64,000 nt of DNA. Source: a bacterium. Lineage in GTDB: Bacteria > Patescibacteriota > Doudnabacteria > UBA920 > VMFF01. Made by a program: the position numbers and the translations under genes. This document shows, piece by piece, positions 49,351 to 58,210 of the stretch. The stretch lies in contig JAJZOG010000005.1 of the NCBI GenBank assembly GCA_021811585.1, forward strand, positions 725-64,724, read 5' to 3'. The notes beneath the pieces were generated by a model that saw only the letters and a list, made by a program, of their open reading frames with translations, was not told where the DNA came from and did no database searches. Each line of letters opens with the position of its first letter. Position 1 is the first letter of the stretch.

Positions 49351-49704
49351 ATGCACAGAAATTTTTTTAAATTTTTCGGCAGGGATCTTTTGTTTCCTTG
49401 GTCAGTATCTCTGTTGATAAATATTATATCATGGGCTGTAGTTTATTTCAAAATCAGGCCGGATTCCCAGACAGTCCCCCTGCACTATAATCTGTTTTAC
49501 GGCATAGATATTGCCGGTTCGGGTTACATGATTTATTTTATAACCGCCACGGGGCTTGCGATTTTGGCGGTTAATTTTTTGTTTTTCAGGTATGCCAAGT
49601 CCAGGGATGTGTTCGCCGCCAACACCGCTGCCGCGGTTGCCTTGGTTGCCCAGCTGTTTATACTCGCCGCGATCCTGTTTTTAAAAAGCATAATTGTAAT
49701 TTAA
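49351..49704 (+). CDS. Small membrane protein (start moved to ATG 49351)
   Basis: Three TMs, VPLHYN...GID motif. Confidence 0.7.
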   Translation: MHRNFFKFFGRDLLFPWSVSLLINIISWAVVYFKIRPDSQTVPLHYNLFYGIDIAGSGYMIYFITATGLAILAVNFLFFRYAKSRDVFAANTAAAVALVAQLFILAAILFLKSIIVI

Positions 49705-49707
49705 AGC

Positions 49708-51426
49708 ATGCCGTTTCGGAAAAGAAAATTTCAAGAGAGAATCTGGGAAATCGTCCCGGGAGCCATGTTTTGGGCAACGGTTTTTTTTGCTTTGTTTTTT
49801 TCCAGGAATCATCCTGTCTGGGTCGCGCTTTTTATAATTTTGTTTGATTTGTACTGGCTCTTCAAAGCCATAAACGGAGCGCTTCACTTATTGAGCGCTT
49901 ATAAAATTTTTAGATTTTTTGAGACCATTAATTGGCTTTCATATTGCGACAAGCTCCTTGATTTCAAAAGTTATCTTCTCTTTCTGGAAGAAAAAGAACG
50001 CGGCGCGGGAAAAAGGGTTGCCCAAAGATATTATGAGCACGAACAATCGCGCATCCGAAAATTATTGGCTTTAGGCAGGGCAGGTGGTAATTACCGCGAT
50101 TATTACCATTTGATTGTTTTGCCTTTTGTGAATGAGAGTGCCGAGGTTTTAAGGACCACCTTTGAAGCGCTGGAGAAAGCAAATTATCCTCAAAACCGGC
50201 TTATGGTTGTTTTGGCCAGCGAAGAACGCGCCGGAGAAAAGGCCGCGCAGACAGCGCGCGAAATTTCGGACAAATTTGGAGCGGCATTTTATAAATTGTT
50301 TGTGACAGTGCATCCGGACGGCTTGGAAGGGGAAATCAAGGGCAAAAGCGCGAATGCCAGCTGGGCTGTGAAATCCGTTTTGCCTGAATTGGAACGCCTC
50401 GGCATTGGCATAGACAATGTCCTGGTTTCCAATTTTGATTCCGATACAATAGTGCACCGAGAATATTTCGGCAGGGTTATGTACGAATTTCTTACAGCGG
50501 AAAAGCCGTACAGGCGCAGTTATCAGCCGATCGCGCTTTATAACAATAATATTTGGGATTCGCCGTCGTTTATAAGGGTTGTTTCCGTAAGTAATTCTTT
50601 TTGGCAATTTATAGAGTCCTCGCGGCCAAACCGTTTGCGGACTTTTTCTTCCCACAGCATGACTTTGCGCGCGCTTGTTGACGTTGATTTTTGGCGCAGG
50701 GATTTGGTAAATGAAGACGGCTATATATTTTGGCAGTGTTTTTTCCGCTACGCGGGTGATTATGAAGTTGTGCCGCTGTTTATTTCCATTTCTTTGGATA
50801 CTTGCCTGGATGCAAGCTATAAACAAACGCTTATAAATCAGTACAAGCAAAAAAGGCGCTGGGCCTATAATGTCGAATATTATCCTTCGCTCATGCCGGC
50901 TTTGCTTAAAATGAAAATTTCCGCATGGGAAAAAATTTATAAGGTTTACCAGTTTATAGAAGGCAATTACACTTGGGCAACAGCTTCCATCGTAATTTCC
51001 GCGCTTGGCTGGCTGCCTCTAATTATTGGAGGCCAGAATTTTAAAGAATCGGTTGTGGCTTTCAATCTGCCGCAGATTACTTCGGTGCTCATGACCATTG
51101 CCACCATATTTTTGATTTTTTCCGTTTTAATAAATATTGTCCTCCTGCCGCCGCGTCCCGCCAAGTACAGCGTCTGGCGGACAATCAATATGTATTTGCA
51201 GTGGTTTTTGGTTCCCATTGTTTCGGTTGTTTTTGGAAGTTTGCCGGCAGCGGACGCGCAGACGCGGCTGATGGCAGGCCGCTACATGGAATTTTGGGTT
51301 ACGCCTAAAACTCGCAAGGGCGCCATTCAGGCATCAATGGGCAGGACTGGCGGAGCCGACTCGGACGGCAAAAGCGCCGCGGCAGCAAACGCGCCTGGCG
51401 CAAAAGCTAATTCGGGTTTAAAGTAA
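49708..51426 (+). CDS. GT2-family membrane glycosyltransferase
   Basis: KGKSAN, FDSD, NEDG, QKRRW (QxxRW) motifs. Confidence 0.88.
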   Translation: MPFRKRKFQERIWEIVPGAMFWATVFFALFFSRNHPVWVALFIILFDLYWLFKAINGALHLLSAYKIFRFFETINWLSYCDKLLDFKSYLLFLEEKERGAGKRVAQRYYEHEQSRIRKLLALGRAGGNYRDYYHLIVLPFVNESAEVLRTTFEALEKANYPQNRLMVVLASEERAGEKAAQTAREISDKFGAAFYKLFVTVHPDGLEGEIKGKSANASWAVKSVLPELERLGIGIDNVLVSNFDSDTIVHREYFGRVMYEFLTAEKPYRRSYQPIALYNNNIWDSPSFIRVVSVSNSFWQFIESSRPNRLRTFSSHSMTLRALVDVDFWRRDLVNEDGYIFWQCFFRYAGDYEVVPLFISISLDTCLDASYKQTLINQYKQKRRWAYNVEYYPSLMPALLKMKISAWEKIYKVYQFIEGNYTWATASIVISALGWLPLIIGGQNFKESVVAFNLPQITSVLMTIATIFLIFSVLINIVLLPPRPAKYSVWRTINMYLQWFLVPIVSVVFGSLPAADAQTRLMAGRYMEFWVTPKTRKGAIQASMGRTGGADSDGKSAAAANAPGAKANSGLK

Positions 51427-51430
51427 TGCT

Positions 51431-52549
51431 ATGCAATATGTAGCGCTGTTTGTTTTGTCCTGCCTCATAGGCGTTTTGCTTGTTCCTCTTGTAAAACGGC
51501 TGGCTTTCCGTTTGGGCGCAGTGGATAATCCCGATATTCCGCGCAAAATCCACAAAACGCCAATTCCGCTTTTAGGCGGATTGGCAATTTATGCCAGCTT
51601 CACCGTTTCTCTTATTGTTTATGTTTTTGTGCTTCATCCGGATTACCACATTGTGCCCTTAAAATTTTTCCTGGGCATAATTTTCGGCGGGCTGGTTTTG
51701 ATGGTCGGCGGCGTTTTAGACGATAAATTCAACCTTGCCCCCAAGTATCAAATTATTCCCACTGCAATCGCTGTTTTGATTCTTATTTTTTCAGGCGTTG
51801 GCGTGGGCATCACCGCAATTTCAAATCCTTTCAATTCCGCGCACCCCATAAATTTGGCTTTCAGTATTTTAGGCATTCCGTTTTCAGCGATTTTTGTTTT
51901 TTTGTTTATGCTCGGCATGGTTTATACGACAAAATTTTTGGATGGCATGGACGGCCTTGCCGGCGGCATTTCTTTCATTGCCGGCGCGACGTTGTTTTTT
52001 CTTTCCCTGACTCCAAAAGTGAACCAGAGCATCACCGCAAGCATGACAATAATTTTTTGCGGAGCGGTTTTCGCTTTTTTGATTTTCAATTTTAACCCGG
52101 CTTCGATTTTTTTGGGAGAATCAGGCAGCACGTTCGTGGGCTTTGCTTTGGGTGCTATTTCCATTTTCCTGGGAGGGAAAATTGCTACCGCGGTTTTGGT
52201 CATGGGCATTCCGATTATGGACGTGGCCTGGGTCATTGTCCGGCGCATTTGGTACGGCAACTCGCCTTTTAAGGCCGACAGGAAGCATTTGCATTTTCGT
52301 TTGCTGGACATCGGCTTTTCCCAAAAAGAAACAGTTTTAATTTTATATTTGATTGCCGCCAGTTTCGGGATAGTGGCAATTTTTTTGCAATCACTGGGAA
52401 AACTCATTTCCTTGCTGATCCTTTTGGCCATAATGATTGTTTTAGCCATTACCACTGTTTTGATTTATAAAAAAAGATATCTTGTCGCTTCCGGCGCTGC
52501 TGCACAAAATTCGGGCAATAGCGAAAGCCGCGACGAATTGACCAAATAG
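51431..52549 (+). CDS. WecA/TagO-like undecaprenyl-phosphate HexNAc-1-P transferase
   Basis: RKIH...PLLGG, GVLDD, LDGMDGL, FNFNPA.IFLG, HLHF. Confidence 0.9.
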   Translation: MQYVALFVLSCLIGVLLVPLVKRLAFRLGAVDNPDIPRKIHKTPIPLLGGLAIYASFTVSLIVYVFVLHPDYHIVPLKFFLGIIFGGLVLMVGGVLDDKFNLAPKYQIIPTAIAVLILIFSGVGVGITAISNPFNSAHPINLAFSILGIPFSAIFVFLFMLGMVYTTKFLDGMDGLAGGISFIAGATLFFLSLTPKVNQSITASMTIIFCGAVFAFLIFNFNPASIFLGESGSTFVGFALGAISIFLGGKIATAVLVMGIPIMDVAWVIVRRIWYGNSPFKADRKHLHFRLLDIGFSQKETVLILYLIAASFGIVAIFLQSLGKLISLLILLAIMIVLAITTVLIYKKRYLVASGAAAQNSGNSESRDELTK

Positions 52550-52566
52550 CCGTTATTTGTTATTAT
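52538..52566 (+). promoter_or_regulatory. Putative rplU promoter
   Basis: TTGACC-17 nt-TATTAT with extended TG. Confidence 0.55.
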
Positions 52567-52615
52567 TAGCGGGCTGAAACCAAAGGTTAAGCATTTTTTA
52601 ATTAAACTGAAAAAT

Positions 52616-52924
52616 ATGAACTTGGCTGTAATTGAAACAGGCGGGAAGCAGTATCTGGTTTCTCCTGACTCTAAAATACAAGTGGAAAAAATAAGCGGCA
52701 ATGCCGGCGATGTTGTCTCGCTTGATAAAGTTTTATTTAAAGCCGGCGATTCCTCGGTGGAAGTTGGCAAACCGTTTTTGAAGGATGCTGTTGTGCAGGC
52801 CAAGATTTTAAAGCAAGGCAGAAGCAAAAAAATTCTTGTTTTCAAATACAAGGCAAAATCAAAGTACAGGCGCAAGCAAGGCCACAGGCAGCATTATACC
52901 GAACTGTTAATCACAAAAATTTAA
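52616..52924 (+). CDS. rplU: 50S ribosomal protein L21
   Basis: AVIETGGKQY, GKP, GHRQ. Confidence 0.97.
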   Translation: MNLAVIETGGKQYLVSPDSKIQVEKISGNAGDVVSLDKVLFKAGDSSVEVGKPFLKDAVVQAKILKQGRSKKILVFKYKAKSKYRRKQGHRQHYTELLITKI

Positions 52925-52950
52925 AAACGGCTTTGGCCGTTTTTTGTTTT
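52923..52950 (+). terminator. Rho-independent terminator
   Basis: AAAAACGGC-TTTG-GCCGTTTTTT. Confidence 0.75.
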
Positions 52951-53037
52951 CCACAAGGGTGGATAATTCCGCGTGTTGAGCCCTGTTTGCCTATCTGTTA
53001 ATATGGATTTAAGATTTATTTAATAAAGGGCTTTCAT

Positions 53038-54441
53038 ATGGAAAACCTCGCCACGACCAGCAGAATTCCCCCGCAGAATCTTGAGGCAGAAGCAGGGGTT
53101 TTAGGGTCTTTAATGCTTGATAAGGACGCTATTATTAAAATTGCGGATATTTTGCATAGCGAGGATTTTTATGATGAAAAGCATAAGGCCATTTATTTGG
53201 CAATGCTGGAGCTCTATGAGAAAAATGTTTCCATAGACATACTCACTGTTTCAAATCTTTTGGATGAGCAAAGAAAATTGGAAATGATCGGAGGATCAAG
53301 CTACCTCGCGACCCTGGTCAATTCCGTGCCAACGGCCGCGCACGTAATTCATTACGCGACAATTATCAGGCGCAAGGGGACATTGCGCCGCCTCATAAAC
53401 GCGGCTAATGAAATTACTAACATCAGTTATAACGAAGATGGGGCTATTGAAGGCATCTTGGATCAGGCGGAACAAAAACTTTTCGGGGTTTCCCAGAAAT
53501 TTTTGAAGCAGAATTTCATTCCATTAACTCAGGTTTTGCACGAAACCTTTGAGCGCCTTGACGAGCTGCACAAGAATAAAGGGCAGCTGCGCGGGCTGGC
53601 TACTGGTTTTGCGGATTTGGATAATTTCCTCGGTGGCCTTCAGAAATCAGACCTTGTGGTTCTTGCTGCCAGGCCTTCAATGGGAAAAACATCTTTGGCT
53701 TTGGACATTGCCAGGCATGTTGGCGTGAACCTGAAAAGGTGCGTAGGCCTTTTTTCGTTGGAAATGAGCAAGGACCAGCTCGCGGATCGCCTGCTTTCTT
53801 CCGAATCAGACGTTAATTTATGGAAATTGCGCACAGGCCATCTTTCGGATGACGGACAGAACAACGATTTTCAGCGCATAGGCGAAGCCATGGGACGGCT
53901 TTCAGAGGCGCCAATTTTTATAGACGATACTGCCGGCGCCAGTGTCATGGAAATTCGCACCAAAGCGCGCAGGTTGCAGGCAGAACACGATCTTGGCATG
54001 GTTATAATTGATTATTTGCAGCTCATGCAGGGCCATAATCCGGAAAACAGAGTGCAAGAGGTTTCGGAAATTTCCAGGTCTCTTAAGGGCCTTGCCAGAG
54101 AATTAAATGTCCCTGTGCTGGCGCTTTCGCAGCTGAACCGCGCTGTGGAGACAAGGCCTGATAAAAGGCCGCTTCTTGCCGATTTGCGCGAATCAGGTTC
54201 AATTGAACAGGATGCAGATGTTGTTATGTTTATTTATAGGGAAGATATGTATAAGGGAAAAGAATCACAGAAGCCGCACATAGCCGAAATTCAAATTGCC
54301 AAGCACAGGAACGGAGCAACCGGCAGGGTGGAATTGTATTTTGACAGCGAACGAACCAGTTTTAGAAATTTGGACAAGACCTTTTCAGATGCAATGCCAA
54401 GCCCGGCTGAAATAATGGCTCCGCAAGACGACGATATATAA
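53038..54441 (+). CDS. dnaB: Replicative DNA helicase
   Basis: PPQNLEAE, AARPSMGKT, IIDYLQL, LSQLNR, DLRESGSIEQDAD. Confidence 0.97.
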   Translation: MENLATTSRIPPQNLEAEAGVLGSLMLDKDAIIKIADILHSEDFYDEKHKAIYLAMLELYEKNVSIDILTVSNLLDEQRKLEMIGGSSYLATLVNSVPTAAHVIHYATIIRRKGTLRRLINAANEITNISYNEDGAIEGILDQAEQKLFGVSQKFLKQNFIPLTQVLHETFERLDELHKNKGQLRGLATGFADLDNFLGGLQKSDLVVLAARPSMGKTSLALDIARHVGVNLKRCVGLFSLEMSKDQLADRLLSSESDVNLWKLRTGHLSDDGQNNDFQRIGEAMGRLSEAPIFIDDTAGASVMEIRTKARRLQAEHDLGMVIIDYLQLMQGHNPENRVQEVSEISRSLKGLARELNVPVLALSQLNRAVETRPDKRPLLADLRESGSIEQDADVVMFIYREDMYKGKESQKPHIAEIQIAKHRNGATGRVELYFDSERTSFRNLDKTFSDAMPSPAEIMAPQDDDI

Positions 54442-54445
54442 AATT

Positions 54446-55042
54446 ATGATTCGCCTCCCCAAATCAATAGAAAAACTTATAAATGAATTTTCAAAATTGC
54501 CGGGCATAGGCCAAAAAACAGCCCACCGCCTGGCATTTTATCTTTTAAAGCGTCCGGAAGTTGATCTGCAAATTTTTTCCGAAGCACTGGCGAATTTAAA
54601 GAAAGAAGTTTTTTTTTGTGCGGTTTGCCGCAACATGTCGGATACTGAAGTTTGTGCGGTGTGTGCCGATGCTTCGCGCGACAACGGCATTATCTGCGTT
54701 GTTGAGGAACCGCTGGATGCCCAGGCAATAGAACAAACAGGGTTTCGCGGCACTTATCATATTTTAGGCGGTGTAATTTCCCCGCTGGACGGCATTGGGC
54801 CCCAGCAGCTTAATATTGATTCTCTGGTTGGCAGGATTAAAGGGAAAAGCATCAAGGAAGTTATTTTAGCAACAAATCCGTCTTTGGAAGGGGAAGTGAC
54901 ATCCATGCAGCTGGTTGAGCTTATAAGGCCTTTGGGCGTCAAAATAACGCGCCTGGCGCGAGGCCTGCCTGTTGGCGGGGACATCGAATACTCTGATGAG
55001 GTGACTATTTCCAGGGCCATGGAAGGCAGAAAAGAAATATAG
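54446..55042 (+). CDS. recR: Recombination mediator RecR
   Basis: LPGIGQKTA, C4 zinc finger, YHILGG, LARGLPVG. Confidence 0.96.
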   Translation: MIRLPKSIEKLINEFSKLPGIGQKTAHRLAFYLLKRPEVDLQIFSEALANLKKEVFFCAVCRNMSDTEVCAVCADASRDNGIICVVEEPLDAQAIEQTGFRGTYHILGGVISPLDGIGPQQLNIDSLVGRIKGKSIKEVILATNPSLEGEVTSMQLVELIRPLGVKITRLARGLPVGGDIEYSDEVTISRAMEGRKEI

Positions 55043-55180
55043 ATGATAGTTGGTAGATGGTAGATGGTAGTTGGGGGCCGATCCAACTACTAACTACTAA
55101 CTATCAACTATTTTTTATCGCCAACTACTAACTACCAACTACTAACTACCAACTATTAGCTACCAACTACTAATTGCCAA
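55040..55180. repeat. Inverted heptamer array (5x TAGWTGR, core GGGCCGATCCA, ~11 C-rich units interrupted by TTTTTTATCGCC)
   Basis: First unit supplies the recR TAG stop. Confidence 0.92.
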
Positions 55181-55203
55181 CCCGCAAAAGCGGGGGTTTT
55201 TTT
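55181..55203 (+). terminator. Rho-independent terminator
   Basis: CCCGC-AAAA-GCGGG then GG and T-tract. Confidence 0.6.
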
Positions 55204-55259
55204 AATTTGTTTTTAATGTCTGAAAAGTATGAATGTTGTTAGAAATAATTTAAGATATT

Positions 55260-58163
55260 ATGCGCAAGATTTTATCCTTCGTAATTTTATGCGTTTTGGT
55301 GCGGGCTTTGTCTCTGGCTGCATTTATGCCAATAGCAAAAGCAGATACATCCGGTGCGACATCTTCACCTTCTCCACAGCCGGCCCCTGCTCCATGCCAT
55401 GCTATTTCAGCCCAAGGATATTTATATGATAATTATGAGAAAGCCGAATATATAAACGGCTACCTTGCCCTGCACTTAAAGTTAAAAGCGCCTTACAATG
55501 ACGGCCGCGTTGGCGGCAATGGTTTGGATTTATATGCGGCTGATTGCACTTTTGAGGTTTTTCCAAACCCAACTCCGGGAATTGCTTTCCGGCCGGGCAT
55601 GCAATATTTCAGCATTAGGTTTGATTCCCCAACGCACTATGATTATTGGGATGACGAGCAAGATATAAAAATGGATTGCCAGGCATGTTCCGTAACCATT
55701 CCGCCTGTTTCGCCGAGCGGCAAAATTTATACAACAGTGGGGTTTGAGGCATTTATTGATGGTTATGCGTCATTTTTGAATTCCGGTTCTTATTCAATCA
55801 CAGGCATTAGCCAAAATCGGAATCCTTTAATAATTATTCCTGGTATTCTGGGCAGCGTGTTTTCTTCTCCTGATCAGGTCTTGTGGCCAAACCTGGATAA
55901 AATGGTCTCAGATCCCGGCGATTCTTTCATGGATCCTTTGCAAATGGATTCAGCAGGCAGGCCAACCGACGGAACAATCCACGATACCGGCGTACTTTCG
56001 TCAATAAATTATGTTTTCGGGCAATTCCATTACAGCGATCAGCTGGAAAATTATTTACAGCAAAATGGTTATACTCTTGGACAAAATTTATTTTTATTTC
56101 ATTATGATTGGCGCCAGGATGCCAGCAGCATTGCAGATACCTTAAAAAATGAAATAGCAGAAGTTCTTCAGCAAACAGGGAGTTCTCAAGTTGATTTTAT
56201 CGCGCACAGTTACGGCGGCCTTGTTTTAAAACAATATCTGCTTTCGGCTCAGGATTCGCAAATCGGAAAAATAATTTTTGTTGCTGTTCCCAACCTGGGA
56301 AGCGCGGCAGCTGCCAAGGCGCTTATTTTTGGCGATAACTTGAATATTCCTTTGTTGAGTTCGGATGAAATCTTTAAGCTCGCCCAAAACATGCCCAGTA
56401 TTTATGACCTTTTGCCAACTCAAGAATATTTTAAGCACATCCCCGGATTTTACGATGATTTAAGCACCGCCAAAGTTAAAAATATTCTGGGATATGCCGA
56501 TACAAAGGCAATGTTTTTAAATTTGAATAAAAATAATGCGCTTATAAATGCGGCAGAAGCACTGCATATCAATTCGTTGGACAGCATGGATTTAAGTCAA
56601 AAGCCGTATAGTGTTTACAATATTGTCGGTTGCGGCACATTCACAGTTGAAACAATAAATAAAATGTATGCAGGCGAACCAAACTTGCTCGAGCGCGCCA
56701 TAGTAGGACCCAAATACAGGATAATGGCAGACAGCGGAGACGGCACTGTTCTTTTACAGAGCGCCGAACATTTGGGTTTGCCGCAGGGCCATTTGTATTT
56801 TGCATATAAAGCAAAACATGCGGAGATGTTGAGCAACCCCGATATTATTAATTTGATCGGCAGTTTGCTTTTGGGCGCGGGCGCTGCGCAATACGATTCT
56901 ACAAAGATTGGCACTGATGTTTCGGGGTGCTCATTGAGCGGCAAATTAATTTCTTTTTCCAGCGGACTTGAATTTACCGTACAAACAAGCTCGGGCAAGG
57001 TTTTAAATCCCGGGGATTACATAAGTACGACAGTTGGCCATGATACGCATGTTTTTATCCCCGATGATCATGCATATAAGGTAATCATTAAGCCCGAACA
57101 GCCAAAGCAGGCGGAAAATATTTCCCTCACGAGAATTAGCCAAAATCAAAATATGCAGGTAAATACGCAAATTGTAAATTATAAAAATGTGGTTGTGAAT
57201 CAGGATTTGCTTGTGGATTTGCCTGCTGCTGCAGGCAGTGGTGGCACTGATAATGGCGGTGTTGGAAGCGGTCTTACGGGCAATAGCGGGGATACTGTTG
57301 AGAACCAGGATTCCACTGGAGCCGAACAGGATGTGGCGCCTTCAGAGGTCTTGGATGATAATTTTCAACCGGTGCAAAGCGCGGTTTCAACGCAAATTTA
57401 TTCAGCCGCAGGGGCTGCTGCTGATAATGATAATATTTTAATGCTTGATCCGGGGAACGCTTACATTTATTTTAAGGCGCAGAGCTCGGCAGCGGATATT
57501 TTAGATACGCAATATTCATTGGACAGCGGACAGACCTGGAACGTTGTCGGCAGCGGAGAGCAGATGATTGCCATCCCCCTTAATGTTTCGCAGGTAGATT
57601 TTTATAGTGAAGACAAAGCCGGAAATATTGAAGACCAGAAAAACGTGGTAATAAAATGGCAGGCGCCTGCGCCGCCGCCCCAGCAGGCCTCACAGCCGTC
57701 CCTGCCGCAGGCGATAATTGTGCAGCCGCAAACGCCTTTGTTGCAAGGCGCAGGCGCCCTTTCTCCACAAAGTCAGCAGGATTCATCCTTTTCTCAGGCG
57801 GCCTCGCAGGATTATGGAGACCAGGTTTATTCCGGGCATGATTCGACCAGCCAGGATACGCAGAATGACACTGCTAATCAGGAAAACAACTCCGGTGATG
57901 TCCATGCGGATTCCAATGTAGATCCTTATGTGGATTCTTTGTCAGGCACGCCGCCAAATCTAAATATTAATTTGCAACTTCCCAGGCAGCCGCAGAATTC
58001 CGAGCCCAGAATCATATATATTATGCCGAGGGAAACAGACAAGAGTAATACAATGCATGCGCAGCCGCAAGTAAATGTGCGTGAACGCCCTGCAAATTAC
58101 TGGGGCTTTATAAAGAAAATTTATGATTTTCTCAGGTTTTCCACGGATTTAATGTTTTTTTAA
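55260..58163 (+). CDS. Large secreted alpha/beta-hydrolase (LCAT/PGAP1-like lipase/acyltransferase)
   Basis: Signal peptide; IIPGILGS, YDWR, AHSYGG nucleophile elbow, GDGTV; Q/S/P-rich C-terminus. Confidence 0.82.
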   Translation: MRKILSFVILCVLVRALSLAAFMPIAKADTSGATSSPSPQPAPAPCHAISAQGYLYDNYEKAEYINGYLALHLKLKAPYNDGRVGGNGLDLYAADCTFEVFPNPTPGIAFRPGMQYFSIRFDSPTHYDYWDDEQDIKMDCQACSVTIPPVSPSGKIYTTVGFEAFIDGYASFLNSGSYSITGISQNRNPLIIIPGILGSVFSSPDQVLWPNLDKMVSDPGDSFMDPLQMDSAGRPTDGTIHDTGVLSSINYVFGQFHYSDQLENYLQQNGYTLGQNLFLFHYDWRQDASSIADTLKNEIAEVLQQTGSSQVDFIAHSYGGLVLKQYLLSAQDSQIGKIIFVAVPNLGSAAAAKALIFGDNLNIPLLSSDEIFKLAQNMPSIYDLLPTQEYFKHIPGFYDDLSTAKVKNILGYADTKAMFLNLNKNNALINAAEALHINSLDSMDLSQKPYSVYNIVGCGTFTVETINKMYAGEPNLLERAIVGPKYRIMADSGDGTVLLQSAEHLGLPQGHLYFAYKAKHAEMLSNPDIINLIGSLLLGAGAAQYDSTKIGTDVSGCSLSGKLISFSSGLEFTVQTSSGKVLNPGDYISTTVGHDTHVFIPDDHAYKVIIKPEQPKQAENISLTRISQNQNMQVNTQIVNYKNVVVNQDLLVDLPAAAGSGGTDNGGVGSGLTGNSGDTVENQDSTGAEQDVAPSEVLDDNFQPVQSAVSTQIYSAAGAAADNDNILMLDPGNAYIYFKAQSSAADILDTQYSLDSGQTWNVVGSGEQMIAIPLNVSQVDFYSEDKAGNIEDQKNVVIKWQAPAPPPQQASQPSLPQAIIVQPQTPLLQGAGALSPQSQQDSSFSQAASQDYGDQVYSGHDSTSQDTQNDTANQENNSGDVHADSNVDPYVDSLSGTPPNLNINLQLPRQPQNSEPRIIYIMPRETDKSNTMHAQPQVNVRERPANYWGFIKKIYDFLRFSTDLMFF

Positions 58164-58210
58164 TGATTTTCTAATATACTATATTAAAAGAACATTAATA
58201 GGGGAGATAC

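Noticed and set aside
52567-52615. L21 leader RNA
   Set aside because: Only a short AACC/GGTT hairpin is visible; insufficient without a covariance-model search.
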